Under the pieces are notes generated by a model. The model was not told where the DNA came from. It ran no database searches and worked only from the letters and a program-made list of their open reading frames with translations. The translations under genes and the position numbers were made by a program. DNA of 63,660 nucleotides, the filler included. It is 4 parts of 4 records of this genome, joined end to end, with 100 filler letters (N's around TTAATTAATTAA, not from the genome) between each part and the next. Parts side by side here need not be neighbours in the genome. Positions count along the whole stretch, not along the records: positions 48,798 to 63,660 come from SRR31156797_316; 3 more parts are not named here. The stretch is one strand, 5' to 3'. Positions 48,798 through 59,422 of the stretch are shown piece by piece (position 1 is the stretch's first letter; each line of letters opens with the position of its first letter).

Positions 48798-50851
48798 ACC
48801 TGTGCATTCATATTGGCACCATCCATATAAACCTGACCGCCATTTTCATGTATGATATTGCAAATTTCAACCACAGAAGCTTCGAATACCCCATGTGTTG
48901 ATGGATACGTAATCATCAGGCATGATAAGGTGTCTTTATATTTTTCTGCTTTTTCTTTTAAATCAGTAACGTCGATATTTCCTCTTTCGTCACATTTTAC
49001 AACTACTACATTCATTCCGGCCATTACAGCACTGGCTGGGTTTGTACCGTGAGCGGATGAAGGAATAATGGCTACGTTACGTTGATGATCACCTCTGCTT
49101 TGATGGTAGGCTCTGATAACCATAAGTCCGGCATACTCACCAGCAGCGCCAGAATTAGGCTGTAAGCTGACATCTGCAAATCCGGTTATCTCTGCTAAAT
49201 CTCTTTTCAGTTCAGCAAATAATAAATGATAGCCGGCAGCCTGATCGCCTGGAACAAATGGGTGAATACCTCCAAATTCAATCCAGCTCAAAGGAAGCAT
49301 CTCCGTTGCAGCATTTAATTTCATGGTACACGAACCTAAAGAAATCATCGAATGAGTTAAAGAGATATCTCGTCTTTCCAGCTTTTTAATATAACGTACC
49401 ATTTCGGTTTCAGAACGATAACGTTTGAAAACTTCTTGCTTCAGATAATCACTTGTACGAAGTAGTGTTTTATCAATGGTACATGTTTCTGGAATATCTC
49501 TCATTTCAGGTTCATCGGTACAAGCTGCACGAGCAAATACTTCTAATATCCAGTTGACATCTTCCAGGTTGGTAGTTTCATCAATGCTAATTCCTACATC
49601 TCCATTGTCAAAATAACGAAAGTTCATTTCAAGTTCTAAGGAGAACTTCTCAATTAAATCTACAGAAGCGTGAGGAGCCATCGAGAAACGAATCGTATCG
49701 AAATAGTTATCGTTTAATTGCTGATAACCTAATTTCTCGATTTCTTGTGTTAATAAGGCTGCGATATTGTGTATTTGTCCTGCAATACGTTTAATGCCTT
49801 CAGCACCATGATATACTGCAAAAAAACCAGCCATTGTAGCCAATAAAGCCTGGGCTGTACAAATATTTGAGGTAGCTCTTTCTCTTTTAATATGTTGCTC
49901 ACGAGTTTGTAAAGCCATACGCAATGCTCTTTGACCATTGGAGTCTTTCGTAATTCCAATAATACGACCAGGCATAAAACGTTTAGAAGCTTCGCGAGCA
50001 GCAAAGAAAGCAGCGTGTGGACCTCCATAACCCATAGGTACTCCAAATCGCTGAGAAGAACCAAAAACAATATCCGCACCCCATTCTCCCGGAGGAGTTA
50101 ACAAAGCTAAGCTTAATAGGTCTGCAGCTACGGCCACTTTACATTCCTGCGCATGTGCTTTTTCAACTATACTTTGGTAATTCTCGATATTACCATCTGA
50201 ATTAGGATATTGAACGATAATTCCAAAGTGATTTTCACTAGGAGTAAAGTCATTCCAATTACCAAATTGTATTTCAATATCTAGAGGATTAGCACGCGTT
50301 TCGAGAACAGCTCTGGTTTGTGGCCAAACTTTTTCATCTACAAAAATGATGTTTGCTCCGGACTTAACCATTGCTCTTGGACGCGAATTATACATCATAA
50401 CCATTGCTTCTGCTGCAGCAGTTGCTTCATCCAATAGTGAAGCATTAGCAATTTCCATCCCTGTTAATTCTGTAACTACCGTTTGATAGTTAAGTAACGC
50501 TTCTAATCTACCTTGAGAAATTTCAGCCTGATAAGGAGTGTAAGATGTATACCAAACCGGATTTTCTAATACATTTCTGTGTATAACTGCAGGGGTAATT
50601 GTATCATAATACCCCATCCCGATATAGGTATTATATACCTTATTTTTGGATGCAATGTCTAATATTTTCCTGTAATACTGACGTTCTGTTATTCCTTTAG
50701 CCAACCTTAACGGTTCTTTCAAGCGGATATTCGAAGGAACGGTTTCTTCAATTAATGCTTCCATGGAGTCAACTCCAATGGTTTTTAGCATTTCTTCAAT
50801 TTCGTGATCACGAGGGCCAATATGCCTTGTTACAAATTTATCTGTAGCCAT
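48798..50851 (-). CDS. gcvP: Glycine dehydrogenase (glycine cleavage P protein), 3' truncated by the contig edge
   Basis: RHIGP, YTPYQAEISQGRLE, NASLLDEATA, ATSNICTAQ, LGSCTMKLN, SAHGTNPAS, YMDGANMNA. Confidence 0.97.
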
Positions 50852-51006
50852 ATTTGTTATTAAAATAATCTAACAATAGAAAAATGAAAGAGTTTGCCTT
50901 AGGCAATAACTATTTTTTCGATGGCTATAAAGGTAAGATGTTAAGGGAATTATAAAAATGATTGATGTAGTAATTAGGGATGATTTTTGTCAGAATTGAG
51001 GACACT

Positions 51007-51046
51007 AAAAAAAGGAGATATAGTTGTTGGAACTCATATCTCCTTT
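51007..51046 (-). terminator. Intrinsic terminator after the MBL-fold gene
   Basis: AAAGGAGATAT...ATATCTCCTTT stem; the A-run on the plus strand gives a U-tract on the minus strand. Confidence 0.7.
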
Positions 51047-51081
51047 AATATTTTAAATTCTTTTAGTTGAAATTGAATGGA

Positions 51082-51720
51082 CTAGAAAAAAGAATTGTTT
51101 ACTTTCTCATGTCCGATTGTAGTTGAAGGACCATGCCCACAATAAACTACTGTATCGTCAGGTAGGGAAAGTAAATGTGTTTTAATACCTGAAATTAGTG
51201 TATTAAAATCTCCTCCCGGTAAATCAGCTCTACCAATACTTTCTCTAAACAATACATCGCCGGCAATAACTGTATTTTCTTTTTCAAGATATAAAGCCAG
51301 CCCTCCTGGAGAATGCCCGGGAATATGCAAAACCTTTATGGTTGATCCATCAAATTCAATAGTTTGATCATGCTCTAAATAAGCTTTTAAAGCAGGAGGA
51401 TTCTCTTGCAATTGAATTCCCATTTGCGCAGCATAAGGCACCATTTGTTCAATCCAGAACTCATCTCCTTTATGCGCTTCGGCTCCTAAATTGAATTTTT
51501 CACAAACAAAACGATTGCCAAATACATGGTCAAGGTGTAAGTGTGTGTTGAGCAAGCGAACGGGAGTTAATTTGTTTTCTTTTAAAAAGGAAACCAAATG
51601 ATTTTCTTCTTCCAGCGTTAAACATCCCGGATCAATAATGATGCAATCTCCGTTTTCGGCTTCAAGGATGTATGTGTTCTCTTGCCAGGGATTGTAAGGT
51701 AACATATGAATTTTTAGCAT
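51082..51720 (-). CDS. MBL-fold metallo-hydrolase (glyoxalase II/YcbL-like)
   Basis: THLHLDH, PGHSPG, AGDVLF, GHGP. Confidence 0.92.
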   Translation of the reverse strand: MLKIHMLPYNPWQENTYILEAENGDCIIIDPGCLTLEEENHLVSFLKENKLTPVRLLNTHLHLDHVFGNRFVCEKFNLGAEAHKGDEFWIEQMVPYAAQMGIQLQENPPALKAYLEHDQTIEFDGSTIKVLHIPGHSPGGLALYLEKENTVIAGDVLFRESIGRADLPGGDFNTLISGIKTHLLSLPDDTVVYCGHGPSTTIGHEKVNNSFF

Positions 51721-51750
51721 ATTCTAATTTTTGGATATCAGCATGTATGC

Positions 51751-52452
51751 TTATTTAGCATTTACTAATGGTATGAGTTGTTTTAAATCAGTAATTTCAT
51801 TCTTGAGTTCACGGTTGTGAGCTATTTGGTTCGGGTTATAAAAAGCATAATCTAATCCGAAATTAATGGCGCCTTCTATATCTGTTTCCAGATTGTCGCC
51901 AATTATCAGGCATTCTTTTTTACGAGCATTGGCACTTTTTATAGCATATTCAAAAAAAGCTGTTTTAGGTTTGGATGCACCAATTGTTTCTGAAATAAAA
52001 ATTTTAGAAAAGTATTTCTCCAGATTGCTGTTTTTCAGTTTTATAAATTGTACTTCTTTAAACCCATTGGTAATAACGTGTAAAGTGTGCCTTTGTTTAA
52101 GTGTTTCTAGCACTTCTATGGCGTTCGGCATTAAGGCTGTTTTAGTAGGACTAACCGTAATGTAATCTTTGGCAAAGTCCTGGGCTAATTTTTCACTGGT
52201 AATTCCAACCTCAAAAAAAGGAACATAGAAACGATCAAAGTTCAGTTTCTCTTTGGTTATTTTTCCATCTCTGTATGATACCCATAATTGCTCGTTATGC
52301 TTTTCGTAACGCTCATAAAATGCTGTGAAGCTTTGAAAGGATTCGTTTAGCTTGTATTTGTTATATAATTGCTCCAGCGTATGAATGGAGTTAGTCTCGA
52401 AGTCCCAAAGCGTATGATCCAGATCGAAAAAGAGATGTTTATATTTTTGCAT
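51751..52452 (-). CDS. YjjG-family HAD pyrimidine nucleotidase
   Basis: FDLDHTLWDF, ITNG, KP, IGDNLETDI. Likely start is ATG at 52452, because a TATCTTTG promoter element lies at 52471-52478 on the minus strand. Confidence 0.9.
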   Translation of the reverse strand: MQKYKHLFFDLDHTLWDFETNSIHTLEQLYNKYKLNESFQSFTAFYERYEKHNEQLWVSYRDGKITKEKLNFDRFYVPFFEVGITSEKLAQDFAKDYITVSPTKTALMPNAIEVLETLKQRHTLHVITNGFKEVQFIKLKNSNLEKYFSKIFISETIGASKPKTAFFEYAIKSANARKKECLIIGDNLETDIEGAINFGLDYAFYNPNQIAHNRELKNEITDLKQLIPLVNAK

Positions 52453-52490
52453 AACCGAATAAATATCTTGCAAAGATAGTGCTAAAACAA

Positions 52491-52516
52491 CAAACTCCGC
52501 AATGAAGCGGAGTTTG
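52491..52516 (-). terminator. Intrinsic terminator after the coiled-coil lipoprotein gene
   Basis: CAAACTCCGC-aatgaa-GCGGAGTTTG perfect 10-bp stem. Confidence 0.7.
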
Positions 52517-52538
52517 TATTAACTTGTATAATGGAATC

Positions 52539-53408
52539 TTAATTCACCTGAGCAACCATAAAGTTAGAAATGCTCCAAAAAGCTTCCTTATCTAGAATTT
52601 TTATGGTTTTCACATCTTCTTCGCCAGAAATAATTTCATAGGAACCTTCCGGATGATTCGTTAATATCTTAACCTTAGGACGAAATAAAGGAATTGTTTC
52701 TACCTCGCGAATATCTACCTTAGTAAAATAATCTTCGTTAAAGTCATTGCTTAGTACTTTTACTTTCCCAACAAGCGGTAAACCTTCATTAGAGATTACC
52801 TTGTGTTCTTTTAATTCTTTTTTAGTGCCAAAAGCATAATAGGCAGTATTCAGTTCAATGGTAGTTGAATCCAATACGGCTTTAGTGTTTTTATTTGCCG
52901 CTCTTATAGAATCCAGTACTTGACTCATTCCCTCAACCGTAAAGTTAAGTGCAGCAATTTCGATATTTTTAGAGCCTAACTGCTCCTTTAGTGTGATTAT
53001 CTCCACACTTTTATCTTTTAATTGTCGGTTAAGACGAGATACCAGGCTGTTTAAATTTTTATTGTCAGAGCTTGTTGATTGCAATTTGCTTTCCAGCTCA
53101 GCAATTTTTTCTTTGTTCGCTAACATCAAATTATAAATGTCTTTGATGTCGTCATTAATTTTCTTTTGAATGTCGGGATTAGCACTTTCGGGTGTACCCA
53201 TGTTTACTTCAATCAGCTTTTCTTTTGCTTTAATATCCTGCAAATTCTGATCGATAGCTACCAAAGTATTTACCAAATCGTTAGTAATTTGTTGTTGCTC
53301 GATGGCCACGGAAACCAGAGAATCATTTTTTTGCTCTAATTCTTTTTGCTTTGATGAGTTACAGGCAACCAGACCTAGTAACAAAAATGGAATTAGTTTT
53401 TTAATCAT
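52539..53408 (-). CDS. Conserved Bacteroidetes coiled-coil lipoprotein
   Basis: Lipobox LVAC, long heptad region, C-terminal AYYAFGTKKELK, LTNHPEGSY and FWSIS. Confidence 0.8.
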   Translation of the reverse strand: MIKKLIPFLLLGLVACNSSKQKELEQKNDSLVSVAIEQQQITNDLVNTLVAIDQNLQDIKAKEKLIEVNMGTPESANPDIQKKINDDIKDIYNLMLANKEKIAELESKLQSTSSDNKNLNSLVSRLNRQLKDKSVEIITLKEQLGSKNIEIAALNFTVEGMSQVLDSIRAANKNTKAVLDSTTIELNTAYYAFGTKKELKEHKVISNEGLPLVGKVKVLSNDFNEDYFTKVDIREVETIPLFRPKVKILTNHPEGSYEIISGEEDVKTIKILDKEAFWSISNFMVAQVN

Positions 53409-53461
53409 AATGTGTTGTATTTAGTGTGTTTGATGATTTCCTTAGGAGGAAATGTATTTAT

Positions 53462-54181
53462 TTAAACGTCTTTGTTGGCATATTTATTTTCTTTTTTGCT
53501 TGTTGGTTTTTCTTGTTTACCTTCTACAATAACCACAATCTCACCTTTTACGGTTTTACTGCCAAAATACTGCGCCAATTCGCTTAAGGTACCTCTTTTA
53601 TTTTCTTCGTGCAATTTAGAGAGTTCTCGACTCACTGAGGCTTTTCTATCTTTTCCAAATACTTCAGCCAGTTGTTCCAGTAATTTTACAAGCCTAAAAG
53701 GGGATTCATAAAATATCATGGTTCTGGATTCTTCTGCTAAAGCAAGCATTCTTTTCTGGCGTCCTTTTTTTTGCGGAAGAAAACCTTCGAAACAAAAACG
53801 ATCATTGGGTAAGCCCGAATTAACCAAAGCAGGAACAAAGGCTGTAGCGCCAGGCAAACATTCTATATCTACATCTTGCTCTGCTGCATGTTTAACTAAC
53901 AGATAACCAGGATCGGAAATGGCCGGAGTACCTGCATCAGAAACCAGGGCACAACTTTCTCCGGCCAATATTCTTTGCACAATATGCTCAGAGGTTTTAT
54001 GCTCGTTAAACTTATGATGAGAGTGCATCTTAGCATCAATGTTAAAATGCTTAAGTAAGAAACCGGTTTTTCGCGTGTCTTCGGCCAGTATAAAATCTAC
54101 TTCTTTTAAAATATTTAGCGCTCTAAGCGTAATGTCTTCTAAATTTCCGATAGGAGTGGGAACAATGTATAGTTTGCTCAT
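53462..54181 (-). CDS. rsmI: 16S rRNA (cytidine1402-2'-O)-methyltransferase
   Basis: PTPIGNLEDIT, AEDTR, SDAGTPAISDPG, FEGFLP, YESPFR, RELSKLHEE. Confidence 0.96.
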   Translation of the reverse strand: MSKLYIVPTPIGNLEDITLRALNILKEVDFILAEDTRKTGFLLKHFNIDAKMHSHHKFNEHKTSEHIVQRILAGESCALVSDAGTPAISDPGYLLVKHAAEQDVDIECLPGATAFVPALVNSGLPNDRFCFEGFLPQKKGRQKRMLALAEESRTMIFYESPFRLVKLLEQLAEVFGKDRKASVSRELSKLHEENKRGTLSELAQYFGSKTVKGEIVVIVEGKQEKPTSKKENKYANKDV

Positions 54182-54256
54182 ATTATCAGTATGCAGTTGT
54201 CAGTATGCAGTAAACAGTAATGCATTATTAAAGCTGTCTACTTTATTCTACTGAGT

Positions 54257-55048
54257 TTAGAATTTTCTTTCTATATAATTATAAAATGCCTTGGTGGCTT
54301 CTGCTTCTTCGTCCCAGGTAAAGTTAGACTGAATAAATGAACATGCCGAATTATAATCAGGCATATCATTTAATTGCTGCAATGTTTGGTTCATTAATTC
54401 ATTGCGGCCTTCAAATAGTTCTCGCTGAAACATAAAACGGTCGTTAATTCCCAGACCTTTGGATAAATCAGCTACTGGCTTTCCTTTTAGTGTTTTTTTT
54501 AGGTTAGAAACCTGCGTATTGGCCATTTTGTCATTAACCGAATTTTTTTCCGCAATTAAAGATTCACCAAGCGTTTTGTTGTTGTCTTTCGTCTCCTTTG
54601 TTTCTGGTTTCTCAATAGGTTCCGTATGAACCTTCACTTTTTCTATAGTTGCAGGTTCTTCCTGATTTTCAGGTTCTTTTATTTCTTCAACGACAGGTGC
54701 TTTCTCCATAACTTCTTCTTGAACTACAGGAGCTTCTGTAACTTCAGTAGTTTCTGGTTCTTCAATATTGTGCTGAGGTTCTATTTTTTCTTTAATAGTC
54801 TCAGGTTGTTTTTCAGAAACAACAAGATTAGAGTCTGAGGCTTCAGGTAAATCCTCCGTTTGAGCAGAGGAAGTCCCAGCATTAATCTCCTTAAGTAAAC
54901 TAACCTCTTGTGATAAGTGGGTCAGTTTGCTTTCTGTAAGGTCGATAAAAGCAGAAGGAATATTCTCTTGTCCCTGAAAAGATCTCACCATGGTTTCAAT
55001 TTCACCAAGGTCTTTCAGTATTATATTGATTAAAGTTTCTTTATCCAT
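54257..55048 (-). CDS. Conserved Bacteroidetes hypothetical protein with an acidic low-complexity linker
   Basis: C-terminal LGINDRFMFQRELFEG motif; E/P/T-rich middle; TAATTTTG promoter element at 55085-55092 on the minus strand. Confidence 0.8.
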   Translation of the reverse strand: MDKETLINIILKDLGEIETMVRSFQGQENIPSAFIDLTESKLTHLSQEVSLLKEINAGTSSAQTEDLPEASDSNLVVSEKQPETIKEKIEPQHNIEEPETTEVTEAPVVQEEVMEKAPVVEEIKEPENQEEPATIEKVKVHTEPIEKPETKETKDNNKTLGESLIAEKNSVNDKMANTQVSNLKKTLKGKPVADLSKGLGINDRFMFQRELFEGRNELMNQTLQQLNDMPDYNSACSFIQSNFTWDEEAEATKAFYNYIERKF

Positions 55049-55194
55049 AATAATATCAAATCAAACTCTTTTTTTCTTATTTTGCAAAATTAGCGAATTT
55101 AAGTAGATCGCTACAGAATAAAAGTACCAAGAAAAAAGCAAAGTCAGCTAATTAAGCACGTAAATGCTTTTCATCCTTTATTGTAGAATAATTT

Positions 55195-55776
55195 ATGTTT
55201 TTAGAAAATAAGCGTAACACTAAGGAAAAACAGGGCTGGATTGAAGTGATTGCCGGTTCCATGTTCTCGGGAAAAACAGAGGAATTGTTACGTCGCTTGC
55301 GAAGAGCAAAAATAGCAAAACAAAGAGTTGAAATATTTAAACCACATGTTGATGTTAGGTATAGTGAAGATGAAGTGGTTTCTCACGATGAAAATTCTAT
55401 TTTATCTACTCCTGTTGAAACTTCAGGAAATATTCTTCTTTTAAGCGGAAATGTGGATGTGGTAGGAATCGATGAAGCGCAGTTTTTTGATTCTGGACTA
55501 ACTTCTGTTTGTCAGCAGTTGGCTAATCAGGGAATAAGAGTTATTGCTGCCGGGCTGGATATGGATTTTAAAGGCAAACCATTTGGACCAATGCCACATC
55601 TGATGGCTGCAGCCGAATATGTAACTAAAGTGCATGCTATTTGTATGCAATGTGGTGAATTGGCGCATTTCTCGCATCGATTATCAAAGGACGAGAAGTT
55701 GGTTATGCTAGGCGAGAAGGTAGAATATGAACCTTTGTGTCGTTCTTGTTTTAAAAAGGTAAATAGCGGTTCGTAA
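55195..55776 (+). CDS. tdk: Thymidine kinase
   Basis: [25 protein letters not shown], zinc motifs CMQC and CRSC. Confidence 0.97.
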   Translation: MFLENKRNTKEKQGWIEVIAGSMFSGKTEELLRRLRRAKIAKQRVEIFKPHVDVRYSEDEVVSHDENSILSTPVETSGNILLLSGNVDVVGIDEAQFFDSGLTSVCQQLANQGIRVIAAGLDMDFKGKPFGPMPHLMAAAEYVTKVHAICMQCGELAHFSHRLSKDEKLVMLGEKVEYEPLCRSCFKKVNSGS

Positions 55777-58244
55777 TGATGCAATCATATTTATTTAGCG
55801 AAGTAAGTCAGTGGATAGATTGCGAGGCAAATATTTCCAAAGATGTTCATTTTTCTCACCTTATTACAGATAGCCGTTCTGTCAGTGATCCGCAAACGTC
55901 CATGTTTATTGCGATCAATGGGAAAAATCATAATGGTCACGATTATATTGAATCTTTATATCAACAAGGTATTCGCTGCTTTTTAGTTGAAAAAGATTTT
56001 CAAATATCAGAGCAACTTTCCGAAGCTAATTTCTTAAAAGTAAATAATGCTTTAGCAGCTTTGCAACAATTGGTGGCTTTTAAGCGGAAAAAATATAATT
56101 GTCCGATAATTGGGATAACCGGGAGTAATGGAAAAACGATTGTGAAGGAATGGATTTCCCAGATGATAGGAAAAAGCAAGGTCGTAGTTCGTTCTCCTAA
56201 AAGTTACAATAGCCAAATAGGAGTTCCACTTTCTGTTTGGCAGTTAAATGAATCATGTGAGGTAGGTGTTTTTGAAGCAGGAATTTCTTTAACCGGAGAA
56301 ATGGAAAAAATTGCTCCGGTTATTATGCCGTCAATTGGTGTTTTAACGAACATTGGAGCTGCTCACCAAAAAAACTTCAGCTCGAAAGCGCACAAGTTGA
56401 AGGAAAAGCTCAATTTGTTTAAAGATGCACAAACCATAGTTTATAGAGCGGATGTTGATTTTATTCAAAATGAAATACAACAACTTTATTCAGGTAAGAA
56501 TTTATTTAGTTGGGGAAAAGATAAAGGATGTACCATTCAAATCGTATCAGAATCTTTAGGTGCGAACAAGGCTAGCTATACGATTCAATACTTAGGTAAA
56601 GAAGATGTGTTGCATTTTCCTTTTTCAGATCAGGCATCTCTCGAAAATGCAATGCATGCTGTTGCTTGCATGCTGTTATTAGGTTATGATATAAGTTATA
56701 TAAATAAGTCTTTGAAGGGTTTAGTTCCGGTGGCTATGCGCATGGAATTAAAGGAAGGGATTAATAATTGTATCATAATAAACGATGCTTATAATTCCGA
56801 TCTCTCATCGTTGGCATTATCACTTGATTTTTTAGTGCAACAAAGCAAACAGCGTACTTCCAAGCGTACATTAATTCTGTCGGATATTTACCAAAGTGGC
56901 ATAGAAGATGACGAATTGTGCAGACAGGTAAATGACATGCTGGTGCAAAAAGGCATTGCTAAACTTATAGGAGTTGGATCAGTTTTGCCCTCTAATGCGA
57001 ATTTATTTGAAATAGAAAGTTCCTTTTTTTCAAGCACAGATGAACTTTTGGAAAAGCTGTCGTCACAAACCATAAAAGACGAGGCTATTTTAATTAAAGG
57101 ATCAAGGAATTTCGAGTTTGAAAAAGTCACAGAACTATTAGAAAAGAAACATCACCAAACTAGTTTGGAGATAAACCTGAATGCACTGGTTGATAATTTG
57201 AATTACTATCGTTTAAAACTAAATGAAGGGACAAAGCTTTTGGCTATGGTAAAGGCTTTTAGTTATGGTAGTGGTTCTTTTGAAATAGCAAATGTACTTC
57301 AACATCAAAAGGTAGATTACTTAGGCGTAGCTTTCGCTGATGAAGGTGTGGAATTAAGAAAGGCAGGGATTTCTTTGCCTATTATTGTCATGAACCCGGA
57401 AGCGAAAAGTTTTCCCATGATGTTGGCTTACAAACTAGAGCCTGAAATGTATGGTTTTAATGAGTTAGAGCAATTTGTTCACTTGCTTTCACAGGAGGGA
57501 ATTACGGAATATCCGGTTCATATAAAGTTCGACACGGGAATGAACAGGTTAGGATTTGTTGAGGCTGAGGTACCTGAAATTATTCAACGATTAGCTAATA
57601 CTCCTGAAATCAGAGTTAAATCCGTTTTTTCTCATTTGGTGGGAAGTGATGATGCTCAGTTTGATGATTTTACGGAAAATCAAATATTGAAATTTAAAGA
57701 ATTCACCAATAAGCTGAAAGAAGCTTTAGGGTATGATTTTATCAAACATATTTTAAATTCAGCTGGCGTATTACGATTCCCGGATGCCCAGTTTGATATG
57801 GTTCGGTTGGGAATAGGCATGTATGGTATTGGTGCTGTAGATCAACATAAATTAAGGGTAGTTACCCGATTTAGATCTTATATTTCTCAACTAAAAAGAG
57901 TGAAAGCTAACGAAACTGTTGGGTATAGTAGGAAAGGAAAGTTAGCTTATGATGCTGAAATAGCAGTTGTTCCGGTTGGGTATGCGGATGGTTTGAATCG
58001 CAGATTGGGAAATGGCGTAGGACAACTAATGGTTAATGGTCAATTAGCTCCCATTGTGGGTAATATTTGTATGGACATGTGCATGATTGATGTAACCGGC
58101 TTACAGACTAAAGAAGGTGATGAGGTGGAAATTTTTGGTACCGATAATTCGGTGATGGATTTAGCAGAATCTTTAGGAACGATTCCTTATGAGGTATTCA
58201 CCAGTATCAGTAGGAGAGTGAAACGAATTTATTATTACGAGTAA
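55776..58244 (+). CDS. alr: Bifunctional MurF ligase-like / alanine racemase fusion
   Basis: ITGSNGKT, NDAYNSD, IKGSR; then AMVKAFSYG (PLP Lys), KFDTGMNRLG, GYADG, ICMDM, TIPYE. Confidence 0.93.
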   Translation: MMQSYLFSEVSQWIDCEANISKDVHFSHLITDSRSVSDPQTSMFIAINGKNHNGHDYIESLYQQGIRCFLVEKDFQISEQLSEANFLKVNNALAALQQLVAFKRKKYNCPIIGITGSNGKTIVKEWISQMIGKSKVVVRSPKSYNSQIGVPLSVWQLNESCEVGVFEAGISLTGEMEKIAPVIMPSIGVLTNIGAAHQKNFSSKAHKLKEKLNLFKDAQTIVYRADVDFIQNEIQQLYSGKNLFSWGKDKGCTIQIVSESLGANKASYTIQYLGKEDVLHFPFSDQASLENAMHAVACMLLLGYDISYINKSLKGLVPVAMRMELKEGINNCIIINDAYNSDLSSLALSLDFLVQQSKQRTSKRTLILSDIYQSGIEDDELCRQVNDMLVQKGIAKLIGVGSVLPSNANLFEIESSFFSSTDELLEKLSSQTIKDEAILIKGSRNFEFEKVTELLEKKHHQTSLEINLNALVDNLNYYRLKLNEGTKLLAMVKAFSYGSGSFEIANVLQHQKVDYLGVAFADEGVELRKAGISLPIIVMNPEAKSFPMMLAYKLEPEMYGFNELEQFVHLLSQEGITEYPVHIKFDTGMNRLGFVEAEVPEIIQRLANTPEIRVKSVFSHLVGSDDAQFDDFTENQILKFKEFTNKLKEALGYDFIKHILNSAGVLRFPDAQFDMVRLGIGMYGIGAVDQHKLRVVTRFRSYISQLKRVKANETVGYSRKGKLAYDAEIAVVPVGYADGLNRRLGNGVGQLMVNGQLAPIVGNICMDMCMIDVTGLQTKEGDEVEIFGTDNSVMDLAESLGTIPYEVFTSISRRVKRIYYYE

Positions 58245-58283
58245 AAAAAAGAGGCTGCTCAAAGTGAACAGCCTCTATATTTT
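58244..58283. terminator. Terminator between convergent genes (probably bidirectional)
   Basis: A-run, AGAGGCTG...CAGCCTCT stem, then a T-rich tail. Confidence 0.75.
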
Positions 58284-59379
58284 AATTTAAAATTTCTTTA
58301 AGTTTTTCTTCAAGTGCAGGACCTCTTAGGTTTTTCGCAATGATTTTTCCTTCTTTATCTAATAATAAAGTAAACGGAATTCCAGTTACACCATAAGTAT
58401 TCGCAATATCACCTGTTCCGTCGATAACCTGAGTCCAGGATAAACCATCATCAGCAATTGCTTTTTTCCAGGCAGTAGAATCACGATCTAAAGAAACAGA
58501 AAGAACATCGAAACCTTTACCTGAGAATTCATTATAAGCTTTAACCACGTTAGGATTTTCCTGACGACAAGGACGACACCATGAAGCCCAGAAGTCAACT
58601 AATAAAACATTACCTCTTAATGAAGATAAAGAAACTTCATCTCCTGTTACTGATTCTAACGTAAAATCAGGAGCAAGGGCACCAATTTCAGTAGCCTTTT
58701 CTGCGGCAGCCGCTTTTTCTAATGGCTCAATTGCTTTTTTCAGATCAGCAATGTATTTGCTTTCTCCAAGGTTGCTCTCAAACTGAGCTATCATTTCTTT
58801 TAGTTCATCTAACTCAAATTCACTGGCAGCCTGCAAAGCCATGTGTGCACCAACAATATTGTCTGTATTAGTTTTAACAAAGTTGATGAAATATGCTTTT
58901 TGCTCTTCCATTAATTCATTTACTTCTTCGCGAAGTGCCTGCATACCATCTTTATCACCAGATCCCATGGCTTTTTGGTATTCATTATTAATTTCTTCCA
59001 TTCTGGCTCTTCCTGGAACATCTTTAACAAATGCAGTATAAATGTCAGTAATAGAAGATCCGGTAATAACCGCTTCCTGAATATCTGCAGTATTAGCAGA
59101 AATGTTTATGTTAGCATTTTCTCCAAAGAAAACAATTGGAACTTGTTGCTTGTCAATAAATATAAGATATAACTCAGGTTCAGTTACAGCACCTGTAAAA
59201 GTAAATTTTCCTTCTACGATGTCAGCAGTATCCAATGATACAGGCATTCCGTCTACAATATTTTTTAATACAGCCTTTCCTTCAGTAACATCTTCAAGCG
59301 TACCATTAATTGTATAGGTGGATTGTTGACAAGCAACAAATGAAATAGCCACTAAAAGGCCTAAAATAATTTTATTCAT
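58282..59379 (-). CDS. TlpA/redoxin lipoprotein (DUF4369 plus thioredoxin-like domain)
   Basis: Lipobox FVAC, APDFTL, DFWASWCRPCR. Likely start is ATG at 59379. Confidence 0.9.
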   Translation of the reverse strand: MNKIILGLLVAISFVACQQSTYTINGTLEDVTEGKAVLKNIVDGMPVSLDTADIVEGKFTFTGAVTEPELYLIFIDKQQVPIVFFGENANINISANTADIQEAVITGSSITDIYTAFVKDVPGRARMEEINNEYQKAMGSGDKDGMQALREEVNELMEEQKAYFINFVKTNTDNIVGAHMALQAASEFELDELKEMIAQFESNLGESKYIADLKKAIEPLEKAAAAEKATEIGALAPDFTLESVTGDEVSLSSLRGNVLLVDFWASWCRPCRQENPNVVKAYNEFSGKGFDVLSVSLDRDSTAWKKAIADDGLSWTQVIDGTGDIANTYGVTGIPFTLLLDKEGKIIAKNLRGPALEEKLKEILN

Positions 59380-59422
59380 TGTGTTTTTTTTAGTTGGCAA
59401 AAAGTGTTTGCCTTGTTGATAT

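Noticed and set aside
55776-58244. MurF-alanine racemase fusion as a novelty
   Set aside because: A well-known, widespread Bacteroidetes fusion.
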